From Lama guanicoe (lineage: Eukaryota): DNA of 64,000 nt. Shown one piece after another: positions 11,375 to 24,043 of this stretch (position 1 is its first letter; each line of letters opens with the position of its first letter). The stretch spans positions 1,962,025 to 2,026,024 of the forward strand of contig MU056216.1 in the NCBI GenBank assembly GCA_013239625.1, given 5' to 3'. The translations under genes were made by a program, and so were the position numbers. The notes beneath the pieces were generated by a model. The model was not told the DNA's origin. It worked only from the letters and a program-made list of their open reading frames with translations, and did no database searches.

Positions 11375-13914
11375 GCAACTGCTAATAATTACTGAGAGAC
11401 CACTATGTGACATCATTGCCCACAGAGCTGCACCAATGAAGATAAGCAAGAGTAGGACCTCATAGTCCAGTAGGGGAAATGAACAAGCTTCCAGACCACT
11501 CTGCTGTGCCTCTCTCTCTCCACGTGCTCCAGAGACAAGATCCTCAAAGAGAGCATCCCTCCTGGGCCCATAAGAGAGGGTACGTCAGGGAAGACGGTTA
11601 GTTACAGAGGTACTTGTACTGAATTGTCTGTGAACAGCCTTGCCCCCAACAACTCTGAACCTACTGAGAGGCAAAAACTGCCTCATCGTCTCCCTCGTTC
11701 CTAGTACGTGTGTCCCACAGAGCACTAAATGAACACTGGCTGCACAGACCTAAGTTAGTCAAGGCAAGACACTGGGCGATGGGGAGCAACCTAGAAAGCG
11801 GTGTTGGTAAAAGAGGCACCAGTCTCAGGGATTCACAATGAAAACAGCAGGAAATCACACGGGCCTGAAGCACTCATAGCCTGACCACAGGCACAGAGGT
11901 TCTGATTCTACTGGCCCCCAAAATACCCCCAAACAAAGAGGCCAGAAGCAGGTCCTTATTTAAACCATCAGGCTTTGTGTCTTGTGACCCTTTCATCCTG
12001 GTTGCCATGTGCTGGACCTGGGAATTGGTAACCAAGCCTGAAGATACGCAAACAAGCAAGGAAGTGTCCCCTCAGGGCCTCCATTAAAGGCACCACTGTC
12101 AGGGTCTCCAAGAAAAGATGAAATAAAAGGACCCATTCCCACCCCCACAGCCCTTGAATTCCCTTCTTGCCGGGTGCCTTGGTCTTACAGATTTTGGTGC
12201 GTGTGGTACAGCAAGAAGAACGTCTTCCTACTGGAGTCTCCTCAGTTCTGCACTCTCACTGACTGCATGGTAAATATTTTCTCTCTTCTGTCATCATTTT
12301 CTTGAAGTCAGATTTTGTTTTTAAAGTAAGAAGGATAGCACACCAAAAAAAAAATTGGCAATAGACTGACATCATTTTATACCTAGGTTCAGTTTCTTAT
12401 TATCACACGTTTCATCTTTAGAATGTTCTTTTTATTTGGGAAGGAAAGATTTAAAAGATTCTGTGAGAAAACTGAATATGCAAACGTTCTGTGATCCTAT
12501 GAATTACAGAGAGTGCATCAGAACATCCTTTCCTTTGAGTTCATTTTAGAGCCAGGCTTGAGATTGAACATGATCACATTCTCCGCATCTCTGGTTGGCA
12601 TCCTTCATTCAGATCCTTATCACACAGCACAGCACCAATGTCCCCTGACTTCCAGCACCCCCACTGATTAAACAGCAAGGGTCGTTTTTCTTTTCTGTAA
12701 TGATTTTGCAGTAAAGGGCAGAATTGATTTCAGAGCTATGACTCAGGGCCTGGTAAAATATTGGCCAAGAAGTGGGTGAAGGCAGCCACTGGCACTCTGG
12801 AGATTTCTGTACCTTGAATAGAAACCTAAAAATACTAAAAATACCCATGTAACCAGTCTTGCTAATTTAAAGAAAACATCTGAGTTATCTGCTGACTACT
12901 TAGAGCTTTCTACTTAGGAATCTCCAAAGGATTAAGTAGCTTGCTATATTAATACTCTTTATTCAGCCATTTTGTGGGGAAGAGAGTGGGCTGCTATAAT
13001 TAATAGGGCCTTTCCTTTGCAAGTCTACTCTGTATTGGTCACCAAATGGGGTAAACAAAAGAACTAACTGTTTGGTTTAAGTTGTAAAGACAGTTAAAAT
13101 AATTTTCAAAAAAGAAAAGAGTTTGCTTTTTTAAGGCAAAATTTAAGTAGTAATGATTTTAAGAAATATTTAGTAAAACCACAAAACCTTGCAAGGAATT
13201 AATGGAGCTAGATAGCAGACTATTTTAGGTTATAGCAAGACATTTCAAAAGAAAATTTTAAGTGGCAATCCTTCTAAAATTAAGTGTACACTTCTTTCTA
13301 AGGCAGAGCACATGGAACTGAATTTAACCTACTTCGTAAGGGGACCCATCAACACTGTTAGCAACATCAGCGCAAATAGCTATCCGTGCGGAGCTGAAAG
13401 AGTGCCACCTTCTTTGCCTTCTCACTCCGTGTTCCTGGGCAGCTGTGATTGGAGCTTCTGAGCCCACGGCTAGTTTTTCTCACTCCTTCCATAATCTCAG
13501 GATTCTAGGCATTACTTCTTACTACTCCTAGTAAGCCTGCCTGAAATAGCCCTTCAACTCTCAAGCCTTTCCCTTCTCCCATCCCATGTGACTGCCTCGG
13601 AGTTTCTTTGTTAGAGTGATGTCCATAATATTCAGGAAGAGGCTCTGACTGAGTGGTTCTTCCATAAGCAGAGAAACTCTGCCACAAAACTCTTGGCTAC
13701 TCAGAGACCTTTGCTCACTTCACACTTGGTGATCAGCTGTGTTCTCAAGTGATAGGAATTCTAGCTAACTGGGTTCTGGATAGGAAGAGCTTACTTTGAC
13801 AACATTAGTTATGGTAACATATCTCAGAATAGATAAGGAAGGCAATGCTTTCTCTTTGATAATTCTTGATGATGTTCATGTAGTATTGGGAAATTTCTTT
13901 AAAGGAAAAAAATA

Positions 13915-14185
13915 AAGAAGTTTCCATGCTGTCCCCTCTGCCTGAAAGGGTCTTCCCTCCTTCACTATCTGGAAAATTATTCATTATCCTATAAGACCCT
14001 AGCTGAACTGTCTCCTTCTTTTCTGATTCTCCCTGGTAAAATTATCTTCATACTCCCAAAGAGTGGAAGTATCTGATCAAATAGTGAGCTATTTGAGGTC
14101 AGGAAGTACAACTTGTTCATTTTTGAATGCCCAGGATCTAAAACAAGCACTGATATTTGGAGCTTAAAATTATTTGTGAATAAAC
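13915..14185 (+). mobile_element. L2 3' fragment
   Basis: 'catgctgtcccctctgcctgaaa...cttgttcatttttgaatgcccagg...tatttgtgaataaa'. Confidence 0.65.
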
Positions 14186-15374
14186 ATGGGTTATTTTAGA
14201 TTATTCCATTTCATTTTGTGGTCCTCTTAAGATGTAAGAAAGAGAGAGAGTTGACAATGGTACCAGAGCAAATACGTGTGTAAGAGGAACAGGCAAATCA
14301 GCGGATGGAGGAGAGAAGAGAAAGAGAAAGAGAATGTGGGAATGATGGAGAAGGGTGTGTTAGAAGGAGTACAAGATTTGATAGGTTCTTGAGGGTTGGA
14401 TTACTCACTCTTATGGCTGTTCTACTTGTTTAAGCCATACATTTCAGAGTTCCTTTCGTACTTGTTCCCTGAGATGTGAATTAGCTTTCAAAACATTGTT
14501 CAGAATCTTTCATTTTTCCTAACCTTAACTCTTAAAGCTTCAAGGCTATTCATCCATCACACCTACTCTCCTGACTCAGAATTACAAGTCTCTTAACTGC
14601 TTCCTCTGTTTCAATATCAGAATAGCAAGATCAGAACGCAGAAACCATTTCCGTCATCAGAATATTTCAGATGGGGTGAGAGGGAGAAGTTACTTAAAGA
14701 CTTGTAAGCTATCCTTGATAAAAAATTTGTTGTGACCATCACTTGAGTAAATAAGTCTCATTTGACTCACTGGACTGTATTCAGTATTTAACAAACTACC
14801 CCTTTTCTTGAGGAGAGGATAGAAAGAAGAGGGGGTATATGAGGACAAAAAGTGCTTCTTTCATTCGATCTATAAAATCAAACGGCAAACGGCAGGGAGT
14901 CACAGAGAGCAATTTGGGATTTAAAAAAGAAAATATCAAACTTCTGAATTCCATGGTTTCAAAACTAATTTATTCACCATGAATCAATTTTATAATTCAT
15001 TAGCTTCACCCCAGAGACAAGACTGAATATCAACTATTTTCCTGACCTATAAATAATAGGTGCCACTTGCTTTGAAATGAAACTTAGTTAGAGAATAATA
15101 CCAAAGTGAATCAATGTGATTGTTACAAAGCTAAAAAAAATAAATAAATAACAGGCTAAGTCCTGAATCTTCGAGGAGAGAAGATTCTCATTCCCTGCTC
15201 TTGATTAAAAAAAAATTTTTTTTTTGGACAGGAAAACTGATAAATTGTCTTTTAGCAGCACTAAGTTTGAACCAAAAAATAGTCTAAGAATTAGAAATAA
15301 AAAGTCACACTGTTCAATCACTTCTTTAACCAGAATGGATAGCTGGGAACAATGGTATTACCTCATAGGTTAAT

Positions 15375-15712
15375 GACGACGGTGTGCAGTCAGATGTGGC
15401 AAGGCTGAGTTCTTGACAATGGAATGTGAGTAGAATATGTGCCTGGCCCTAAAAAAAATCTGCCATGCACATTTCTCCATGCTCTTTCTTCATTCCTACT
15501 GATGGGAATGAAGATGACTATGGTGACTTGGAAGCCACTTATTCAATACGGCAGAGCCCCTGTTGGCCTAAGCCCCTGAATGACAGTAGGGAGTACAGCC
15601 ATCATTAACCAACTTGGAATCTGCACTCTACTCTGTTACAGGAGCAAGAACTGAGTGTTTGGTTCTCTAAGCCACTACATTTTGGAGTTTTATTTGATAA
15701 AGTAGCCTATGT
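15375..15712 (+). mobile_element. MaLR LTR, MLT1I/J-like
   Basis: 'gagttcttgacaatggaatgtgagtagaa...ccctgaatgac...taagccactacattttggagttttatttg'. Confidence 0.7.
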
Positions 15713-15981
15713 ATCATATATGTATATAATATTCCACCTTTATTTCATCTTTAAAATTTTCTAATAAAAATATTACAAATTTATTAAAGAAAAATACTAT
15801 AATACAGATGAGTCAAAAAAAGAGGAAATAAAAATCTGTAATTACTCAATATAATGACATCTACTGTTATAAAACAGGGATTACAACTTGCCTACCATTT
15901 TGGAAGGCACGTTTTTCACTTAAAAAATATCGTGAACATCTTTCCTTCTGTGTCTTGAAACAGTATTCTGCTACATATTTT

Positions 15982-16133
15982 AACTTTTAATTTATTATTT
16001 ATTTATTATTTTTTCATCTTTTTCAGGGGGAGGTAATTAGGTTATTCATTTTTTTGATGGAGGTACTGGGGATTGAACCCAGGACCTCAGGTATGCTAGG
16101 CATGCACTCTACCACGGAGCTACACCTTCACCC
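15982..16133 (-). mobile_element. tRNA-derived SINE, Vic-1-like
   Basis: 'gaggtactggggattgaacccaggacctc...ctctaccacggagcta'; degenerate TSD tgctacata / tgccacata. Confidence 0.9.
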
Positions 16134-16349
16134 ACTTGCCACATAATTCTTAATGGATGCATGATAAAAGTTACACAGGTCATTGGTAACTCACAGTCGA
16201 ATGAATAGCAATACTTATGTTCACAAACTTCAATCAACCTAGAACATCTCTAGGCAACAGTTGTTCTCAGAATGCTTAGATCCTGGATTCATAGATGACC
16301 ACTTAGAAAATTAAATTTGGTTCTAGTATATGACTATTGAACCATTTAA

Positions 16350-16777
16350 TGTTATGGTAAAAGTTAAACTGCTATAAGAAAATAAAACAAACTAAAAAAG
16401 ACCTTTGTCAGAATGCAGGAACAACTGTCGTTAGAATACTATTGATAAGGTGGAAGACAATAGTCGTTTAACGGCTGTGACTTATCCTCAGTCAGAAGAA
16501 ATTGGGGATCACAGTTCACCAGGTCCAGGCAAGGCTGGCAGCCCTGCCTTCCCCCACAGGAAGAAGAGAAGCCCAGCCAGGGTAAGCAGTCTTTTGTTAG
16601 ACGTTGCAGACTTCCCTAGGCTTACATTCCATTGGTTACAGCTTAGTTGCATGGCCCAATGTAGCTTCAAGGACATCCTGTCAAGTCCATGCAGAGTGGC
16701 CTTGTATTCACCCAAAACTCCACGATGTGGAAGAAGGGAGGACAAACTGAGGGGGTGGGAAATAGAAATCTGCCACA
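16350..16777 (-). mobile_element. MaLR LTR, MLT1J/K-like
   Basis: 'cttacattccattggttacagcttagttgcatggccc..tagcttcaagg'; ends 'tctgccaca'. Confidence 0.6.
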
Positions 16778-17094
16778 ATCTCTAAAGCTAAGAGCACAGT
16801 TTAAGAATAGGACCCGGGCCTCAGTAGTTCTCTAATAGGGACTCCCTCCCACCTGGGCCAATTATTAGCTGCTCAACCTAGGACTTTTACTTAACCTCAG
16901 TTTGCAAAATAGAGACACTGAAATTCACACATATGTTATGGGAATTAAATGATTTCATTTTTATAAAGTGCTTCTAAAATGTTGGCTGTAATTACTCTGT
17001 ACCCAGAACCAACAGAAAATCAATAGCACGTGGTCAGAAGAGAAAAGCGAACATAATATATCAAGGAAGCAAAACCCTAAACTACACTAAATAT

Positions 17095-17315
17095 AATACA
17101 GTGATTAAAACCATAACTCTGGAGCCAGACTGCCCAGGTTTGACACTTGGCAAGTGAGGTTACCGCTGTGCCTCAGTTTCCTCACGCGTAAAGTGGAGAT
17201 GATCATCAGTATCGACCCTGTAGCGTTGCTCTGATGATCACATGCATTGATGCAGAAAGTGTATATAGTACACAGCCTAGCAGATAGCAAGCGTTATATA
17301 AATGTTAGCTTCTAC
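17095..17315 (+). mobile_element. MIR SINE
   Basis: 'ctctggagccagactgcccaggttt...tgtgcctcagtttcctcac...taaatgttagc'. Confidence 0.85.
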
Positions 17316-18254
17316 TCTTCGTTAGTGTTGCCAAAGAAAATGAACCAGTAATTTTACAAAATCCACAAATTCATCTGAGTGTCTCCACACACACTGACTA
17401 TCACACGAAGTACCACACCATTTCCATTCCTATTCCCCAGTACTAGGCCTGTGTGCTTTCCAAAATCAATAGTTTGGCATTCCATAGCATAGGAGGTGGG
17501 AATCCATTCATCACCCAAATCAGACCTGAGCCCAATCTCATTTCCTTTTGAGAACCATGTATGTTCTCATACAACTTCCTTGGTTCTGTAACACAGGCTT
17601 CTGAATGAACAAAAGTGTCCTTTCAGGTAATGAATCTGCTTAAAGAATGTCCCTGTTGATTCTGAGGCTTTGGGTTGAAAATTATTCTCAGAAGCCAGAT
17701 TTGAACTAGGCCTTGTCTTTCTTCTCTATTATTTTTAATCAATGTATTCTTGCATAATGATATATGCCCCCAAAGCCCTTCAGTGCGATAGCCACATTTT
17801 AGCTGCAATTAAATTTACCCGTTGAAATCAGTGATGATTTGTAATCAGAAAAAAAAGAAAGATGAATATATAAGAACACCTCCCTGAAAGTCAGATTCTA
17901 TCAATCTATTTAGTCTCTGATAAATATGATTAGTGTGTGGACCAGTCTCACTTTTGCAGAGGATTGCTTTTCTAGAAACAGTGCCATAAGTCAAAATTAT
18001 GTAAGTTGAAAATTATTTTTCCACTGATTTGAAGTCATGTTAGCACATTAAATTCCTAATTAAATGTTCAATATCCAACTTTTTATTAAAGTGAACCCAA
18101 AGACTATATTTAGTTGATTATGAATTGCATACCTAATACATGCTACAAAATATTTAATGTCATATACCAACTTTTCATTCTATGCATAATTTCTGCCTTA
18201 CTTCATTGCATAAATCTAAAGGTGAAGGAATACCTTCACAGAATATGGAAGGGC

Positions 18255-19710
18255 TTTCTTTTCTAACTTTTTTATTTTGAAATAGTTTTAGACTTACAAG
18301 ACAGTTGCAAAAATACTACATGAAGTTCCATATCCCCTTCACTCAGTTTCCCCAGTCTTATCATTTCATATAACCACAGTAAAAGTGTTAAAACCAGAAA
18401 ACTAATACTAATACAATAAAACTAATCTAGAGATATTATTTGAGTTTCACCAGTTGTTCTACTAGTATCCTTTTCCTGGTCCAAGATCGAATCCAGGATC
18501 CCACGTTAGCCGCAGCCGCCCCCCATCTCCCCAGGAGACCCTCCAGAACCAGCAGGCAGGTCGGGCCCAGGTTCCCGTGAAGTCACCGCCTCCGCCCCGC
18601 GGTCCTGCGCGGCGCCCCGGGGACTGTGTGTGCGCTTCCCAAGAGGGTGAAGTCTGTTTCCCTCAGTCCCGCGGAGAGACCGCACTCAGGCCCCATGGCC
18701 TTCAAAACCAGATGCTCTGGGGGCTCGTCCTCCAAAGGCGGGAAGCCCGGGCCGAGGAGCCCCGTGGAGCCCAGAACTCTCCCTCCCGTGGGAAGGCCTC
18801 CGCAACATAATTTTTCCTCAGCTCGTGGGTCGCCCACCCGGGCCCGGGCGATTATATCGCGAGCGCGCCCCTCCTACCTTCCGGCTGTGGTGGTTCCCTC
18901 TCTACGTTTCCAGATGAAGAAGCCCTTTTTTGCTAGGTTCCAGTCTTTTTTTTAATCGATGGTTGTTCAGCAGTCCGCTGTGGCTTCCTCATGGCCGTGA
19001 GAGGAGGCGAGCCCGGGGTCCCACGGCTCCGCCATCTTCACCGGAAATCTCGGCAGACTTTGCCCAGGATCCCGCGGGACGTTTAGTGGTCGAGTCGCCT
19101 GGTCTCCTCAGCTCGGGACCGTTACTCAGACTTTTGTGAAGACTATAGGGCAGAGTTATTTTGCAGAATGTCCCTCAATTTGAATTTGATCTTTTCTCCT
19201 GATTAGTTGAATTTAGGCATTTTTGCCAAGATTACCACAGTTCAATCGTCTTAGTGCATCCCACCAGAAGGTATACAGTATCTGTATTTCTTATTATGAT
19301 GATGTTGACTTTGATCATTGGTTAAAAGAATACTTGCTAGATTTCTACTTTTGAAAGTTACTATTTCCCGTTTACACTAAGAATAACTTGAGGGGGATAT
19401 ATTTTAAAACTATACAAATACCTGTTTCTCAAAATGTCTTTACCCACTAATTTTACTACCCACCGATGTTACCTGTACCAACTATGACAGTGGAGTTTGC
19501 AAAAGACTGATTTTTCCGTTTTGATCACTCCTTCTACATTCTTTAACTGGTGTTCCGTAAGGAAGAACAGTTCTTCCTCTCTTGTTTATTATTTATTCAA
19601 TTATTTATTTACATCAATATGGACCCTTGGATATTTATTTTATTATATGGATTATAATCAATTACTATCATTATTTATTTTCTTGCTCAGATTGTCCAAG
19701 ATTTGGCTAT
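18255..19710 (-). mobile_element. Ancient L1MC-type 3' end (pieces 18255-18505 and 19064-19710), interrupted by an L1 5'UTR
   Basis: 'ttattttgaaatagttttagacttacaagacagttgcaaaaata...' aligns with the related copy at 40170-41215. Confidence 0.85.
18506..19051 (-). mobile_element. Cetartiodactyl-type L1 5'UTR (promoter) fragment forming a CpG island
   Basis: Minus strand starts 'gagatttccggtgaagatggcggag' (YY1 motif AAGATGGC) and continues 'ctgctgaacaaccatcgat...gactggaacctagcaaaaaag...ggtaggagggg'; about 50 CpG counted by hand in 18501-19125. Confidence 0.8.
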
Positions 19711-20329
19711 GAGGCACTCCAGAAGTGCTTAAGGGTTTCACAGTTATCTCTGAGGAGACCTACAGGGGAGATCTAAGGCCGTTCCAGGGTTTTTGAGACA
19801 ACTGATCAAGGGTTATGTTTGTTGTTCTCCTATTCATTGGAAAATGTTTCTGTAGCAAGCATAGGTATTAGAGATGAAGTTTTTGGACTCTGTTCAAAGT
19901 TGCCTGGGGGACAGACATTCATTTATGTTTACTGCCATAAATCCAGGAAGTATTAACATGGGTTAATATCCTTTAGAGTTCCTCTCTTCAAACGTACAAA
20001 GTCACTTTCATCCCTTTTGGGAAGTCAAATTCTCCTGTAGATGAAGGAATGTCCAATAACATTTCTTATTCTTCTCTCCAGTTTATTACAAGCTCCTCCC
20101 AAAAGGGGACCTAATCAAAGACTAAATGCTGATTGGGTTGTGTTCTACCACTGGGCAAGCTCACTGTCCTGCTTTTTCCCTTGCTGTATCTGTGATGTAA
20201 GCTAGCCTGCAAGGTTTGCCACTGGAAGAGCCTAGCCAAGGCCTCTCTCAGATCCATTCTTTTCTATTTCAAATGGACACAGACACTGCCTTTCTATTTT
20301 AAAGTAGAAATGAATCAAAAGCCTTGTTG

Positions 20330-20975
20330 GATATATCCAGAAGGAACTCTAAATCGAAAAGACACATGCACCCCAATGTTCATAGCAGCACTATTTACAA
20401 TAGCCAAGACATGGAAGCAATCTAAGTATCTATTGACAGATGACTAGATAAAGAAGTTGTGGTATTATTTATACAATGGAATATTACTCAGCCATAAAAA
20501 AGAATAAAATAATGTCATTTGCAGCAACATGGATGGACACAGAGATCGTCATTCTAAGTGAAGTAAGCCAGAAAGAGGAAGAAAAATACCATATGATATG
20601 ACTTATATGTGAAATCTAAAAAAAAAAAGAAACAAATGAACATATTTACAAAACAGAAATAGACTCACAGACATGGAAAACAAACTTATGGTTACCAATG
20701 GAGAAAGAGGGTGGGAAGAGATAAACTGGGAGTTCGAGATTTGCAGATACTAACTACTATATGTAAAATAGGTAAACAACAAGTTTCCTCTGTATAGCAC
20801 AGGGAACTATATTCAAAATCCTATAGTAGCCTATAATGAAAAAGAATATGAAAAGGAATATATGTATTTGTATGTATGATTGAAACATTATGCTGTATAC
20901 CAGAAATTGACACAACACTGTAAACTGGCTATACTTCAATTTTTTAAAAAGGAAAAACACTTTTTTTTTTATTTA
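20330..20975 (+). mobile_element. Young 5'-truncated L1 (ORF2 C-terminus and 3'UTR)
   Basis: 'gacacatgcaccccaatgttcatagcagcactatttacaatagccaagacatgg'; perfect 13-bp TSD aaaagccttgttg at 20317-20329 and 20976-20988. Confidence 0.95.
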
Positions 20976-21857
20976 AAAAGCCTTGTTGAAGCCTCCTAGC
21001 CTAAGCCACGTTTGAAAATACAGCTTTTGACTGGAGAAGCTTGCTTTGGAGAGTGTTGGGTGCTTACCCTCTGTTGATAAGCAGTACTTTTCCTTTGGGC
21101 AGTTGCCTGGGAAATGCATGCTCCTGGGGAAGAAGGGTGACAAGTGGGAAGAGTCAAATTCCAAATTCCAGCATCCTACAACAGATAGGTGGTCACCCCT
21201 GTGCCAGAAGCACAATGAGGAATGGTTTCTCCCACCCCAGCACATACTCTAAAGAATGGTATGTTCTTCCTTTTATGACCTCGCCACGCTTTGTGGACTT
21301 GCCTTGTAGTTATAGGTGCTCAGTACACATTTACCAAGTTGAGTTCCATAGGCAAGCTCCTCTTTCAAAATGTTTACCTTAAAATAATAAAAACTTCAGA
21401 GGAAACAGTGAAGTACACAATGGAGCATCAGAAGGCAGATCCGGGAAAAAAAAATAGAAAAGAAGGCAAAGGGTGAGGCTTATCTGGTGACTTCACCAAT
21501 TAACAGTGCCACCCTGTCCCCTTTCCCTGCATTCCAAGCTCCTGGGCTAACTTTGAAGAATGAGACAGGTCAAGGTGTGAGGAGGGTGGGGGTAGCAGGG
21601 AGAGAAGTGAATAGAGAGAGAATAGCCCAGGTATTCCAATTGGGAAGGAATACAATGAAGAAAGATACAGAAAAGGAGGGGGAAGAAAGGGGGACAAAAG
21701 CAACTGCTGACTTGACAGTTCCGCCTTGTCCTTAATTTGCAACAATCTCTTCTCACATTTTGACTTGCCCCTTGGAATGTCACTCTTCGCCCAGCACCAC
21801 CTGGGCACTTGATCTATATGAGTAAAGCAGAAAAAAAATAGAAAGTAATACAATACA

Positions 21858-22315
21858 CTGTCAGTGAGAGTCCAACCAGAAAGCAGAGAATTCAAAACAG
21901 AAGGAATTTAATGCATCAAATTGGTTAACAAGTGACAAAGGACGCTAGGAATCCGACCAGGGAACTGTGAAGCAATCAGTGATTAGCAACCACAGGAAGC
22001 TGCCACCACCCCTAGGCTGAAGGGACAAAGGGAGAAGACAGTGTTCCCAGTGCTTGGGGCCAGTGGAAACTGGGACCAATCCAGGCCTGTCCTGTAGAAG
22101 TTGGAGAGATATAGCCACTGACGAGACACTGTCAGGATGGAGGAGGGAGAAGTAGCCTTGCTTTTCCTTCTCCTTGCTCATCTGTCTCCCACCACTGACT
22201 CCCACGAGCCAAATCCGGCCAGAGACCAGCTGACAAGAAAGCCTGAGAGACACAGCCTTTGGGGTCAGCCCCTGGGATATAGAGCAGGGCAGGGCAACCT
22301 AGCCTGGGACACACT
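21858..22315 (-). mobile_element. ERVL solo LTR, LTR33-like
   Basis: 'gaaggaatttaatgca...gattagcaaccacaggaagctgccaccacccctaggctgaagggacaaaggg'. Confidence 0.7.
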
Positions 22316-23382
22316 CAAGCTATGTGTCCTGGCCAACTCCCAGAGCTGTCTAACTAGCTTGTAGGGAAAGGGATTGTCCTGTAGACAGACAAGGACACAC
22401 AAGTTAGAGGTTTCTTTCTCGTGTGATGTATCTGCATTTTCAATAAACTAGCTTCAGATGGAGTTATGTAGCCTATGAGAGAAAATTTACAATTTCTTCT
22501 CCAAATGAACAGATTGTCTTTACAACGCTTCTTTGAAAGTCACTTGCTCATGACTTCATGATCATTCTTCCAACAAACCAATATTACACAATGGTTAATT
22601 TGTCAAATAAACATTTTCAGGAACTCCTTTAAACTATAATTATAGTAACCATATTTTCCCACAGCCCCAGTCTTTCAAAGGAATTATATGCTTCTTCAGG
22701 ATTTAAAATAATCTGGGATATTAAAATTATTAGAATTCACAAGGACAATGGGACAAAATACTTGAGTTACACAGTCCTCGAACCTTTTAAATGTAAGATT
22801 CTTCCACTAACATTACATTTGCTCCCAATTCTAAGTAGAACGTGTGTCCATAGAAAAATGCATTGCAATAAGCTCAAAATACCAAAACACATTTCTAGCC
22901 ATTGTGAAATTCACCATGGGTTGTTTCATCAGGTGTTCAGATTCTTTTTGGAACTGAGGATCTAGGTAGATAAGGGAACATTTACCTTAAACAAATACTA
23001 TTTCACCTATGACCTAGAAAATGGGTTCACAGTAACCCAGTCACGTGAGGAGCCCTGCTTTACACTGTAGAGTAATGTGCAATCCTTGGGAGGCTCCTCA
23101 AAAACAAGGTCAGAGGACCAGCATCACCTGTCTTCAAGTCGTTACAGCTTGGGGCACCGTTGGAAGGATCCACTTTTGTGTCAACAGCTGCGGGTCACCA
23201 TGCTTGGCTTTCTTTATCTGGATTCCATCCTCCTCCTTCTCCCTTGGGCCTGGAGTCAACTCTGGGTATCCAGACTCCCTGTCGCCACTGGAAGTTGGAA
23301 AGTCCTTTCTGGCTCTCCATCTCAGATTCCTTTTTTAATTTGTTCCCTCTGGTTTGGCCCCTGATCATGGCTTCATACTCTT

Positions 23383-24043
23383 TGTGTTTTTTAAGTGATG
23401 TATAGTTGATTTACAATATCGTGTTAGTTTGAAGTGGACAGCAAAGTGATTCAATTATATATATATTTTTCAGATTATTTTCCAAGTTATTATAAGATGT
23501 TGAATATAGTTCCCTACGCTATACAGTAAATCCTTGTTGCTTATCCATTTTATGTATAATAGTTTGTATCTGTTACTCCCATATTTCTCATTAATCTCTT
23601 CCTGCTCTCCCTTTCCCCTTTGGTAACCATAAGTTTATTTTCTGTCTTTGAGTCTGTTTCTGTTTTGTATATAGATTCGTTTGTATTATATTTTAGATTC
23701 CACGTATAAACGACATCATATGATATTTATTTGTCTTTATCTGACTTGATTTCATTTAGTATGATAATCTTTAGATCCATCCATGTTGCTGCAAATGGCA
23801 GTACTTCATTATTTTTATGGCTGAGTAATATTCCATTGTGCATATACACACCACATCTTCTTAAAACAATCGTCTGTTGATGGGCACTTGGTTTTTTCCA
23901 AGTCTTGGCTATTGTAAATAGTGCTGCTATGAACATTGGAGTTCATGTATCTTTTTGAGTTAGAGTTTTCATCTTTTCTGGATGTATGTCCAAGCATGGG
24001 ATTGCTGGATCACATGGTAGCTCTATTTTTAGTTTTTTAAGGA
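23383..24043 (-). mobile_element. 5'-truncated L1 (ORF2 C-terminus and 3'UTR)
   Basis: ORF 23727..23936 'MFIAALFTIAKTWK...PFAATWMDL' matches the L1 ORF2 C-terminus; 17-bp TSD catggcttcat(a/c)ctctt at 23366-23382 and 24044-24060. Confidence 0.95.

Noticed and set aside
18222-18239. Short hairpins gtgaagg-aata-ccttcac, and ttccctgg...ccagggaa at ~39972-39997
   Set aside because: 7-8 bp stems occur by chance; no miRNA or snoRNA features.
18577-19139. Several overlapping GC-rich ORFs suggesting a gene's first exon
   Set aside because: The sequence is L1 5'UTR; open frames reflect the scarcity of stop codons in GC-rich DNA.
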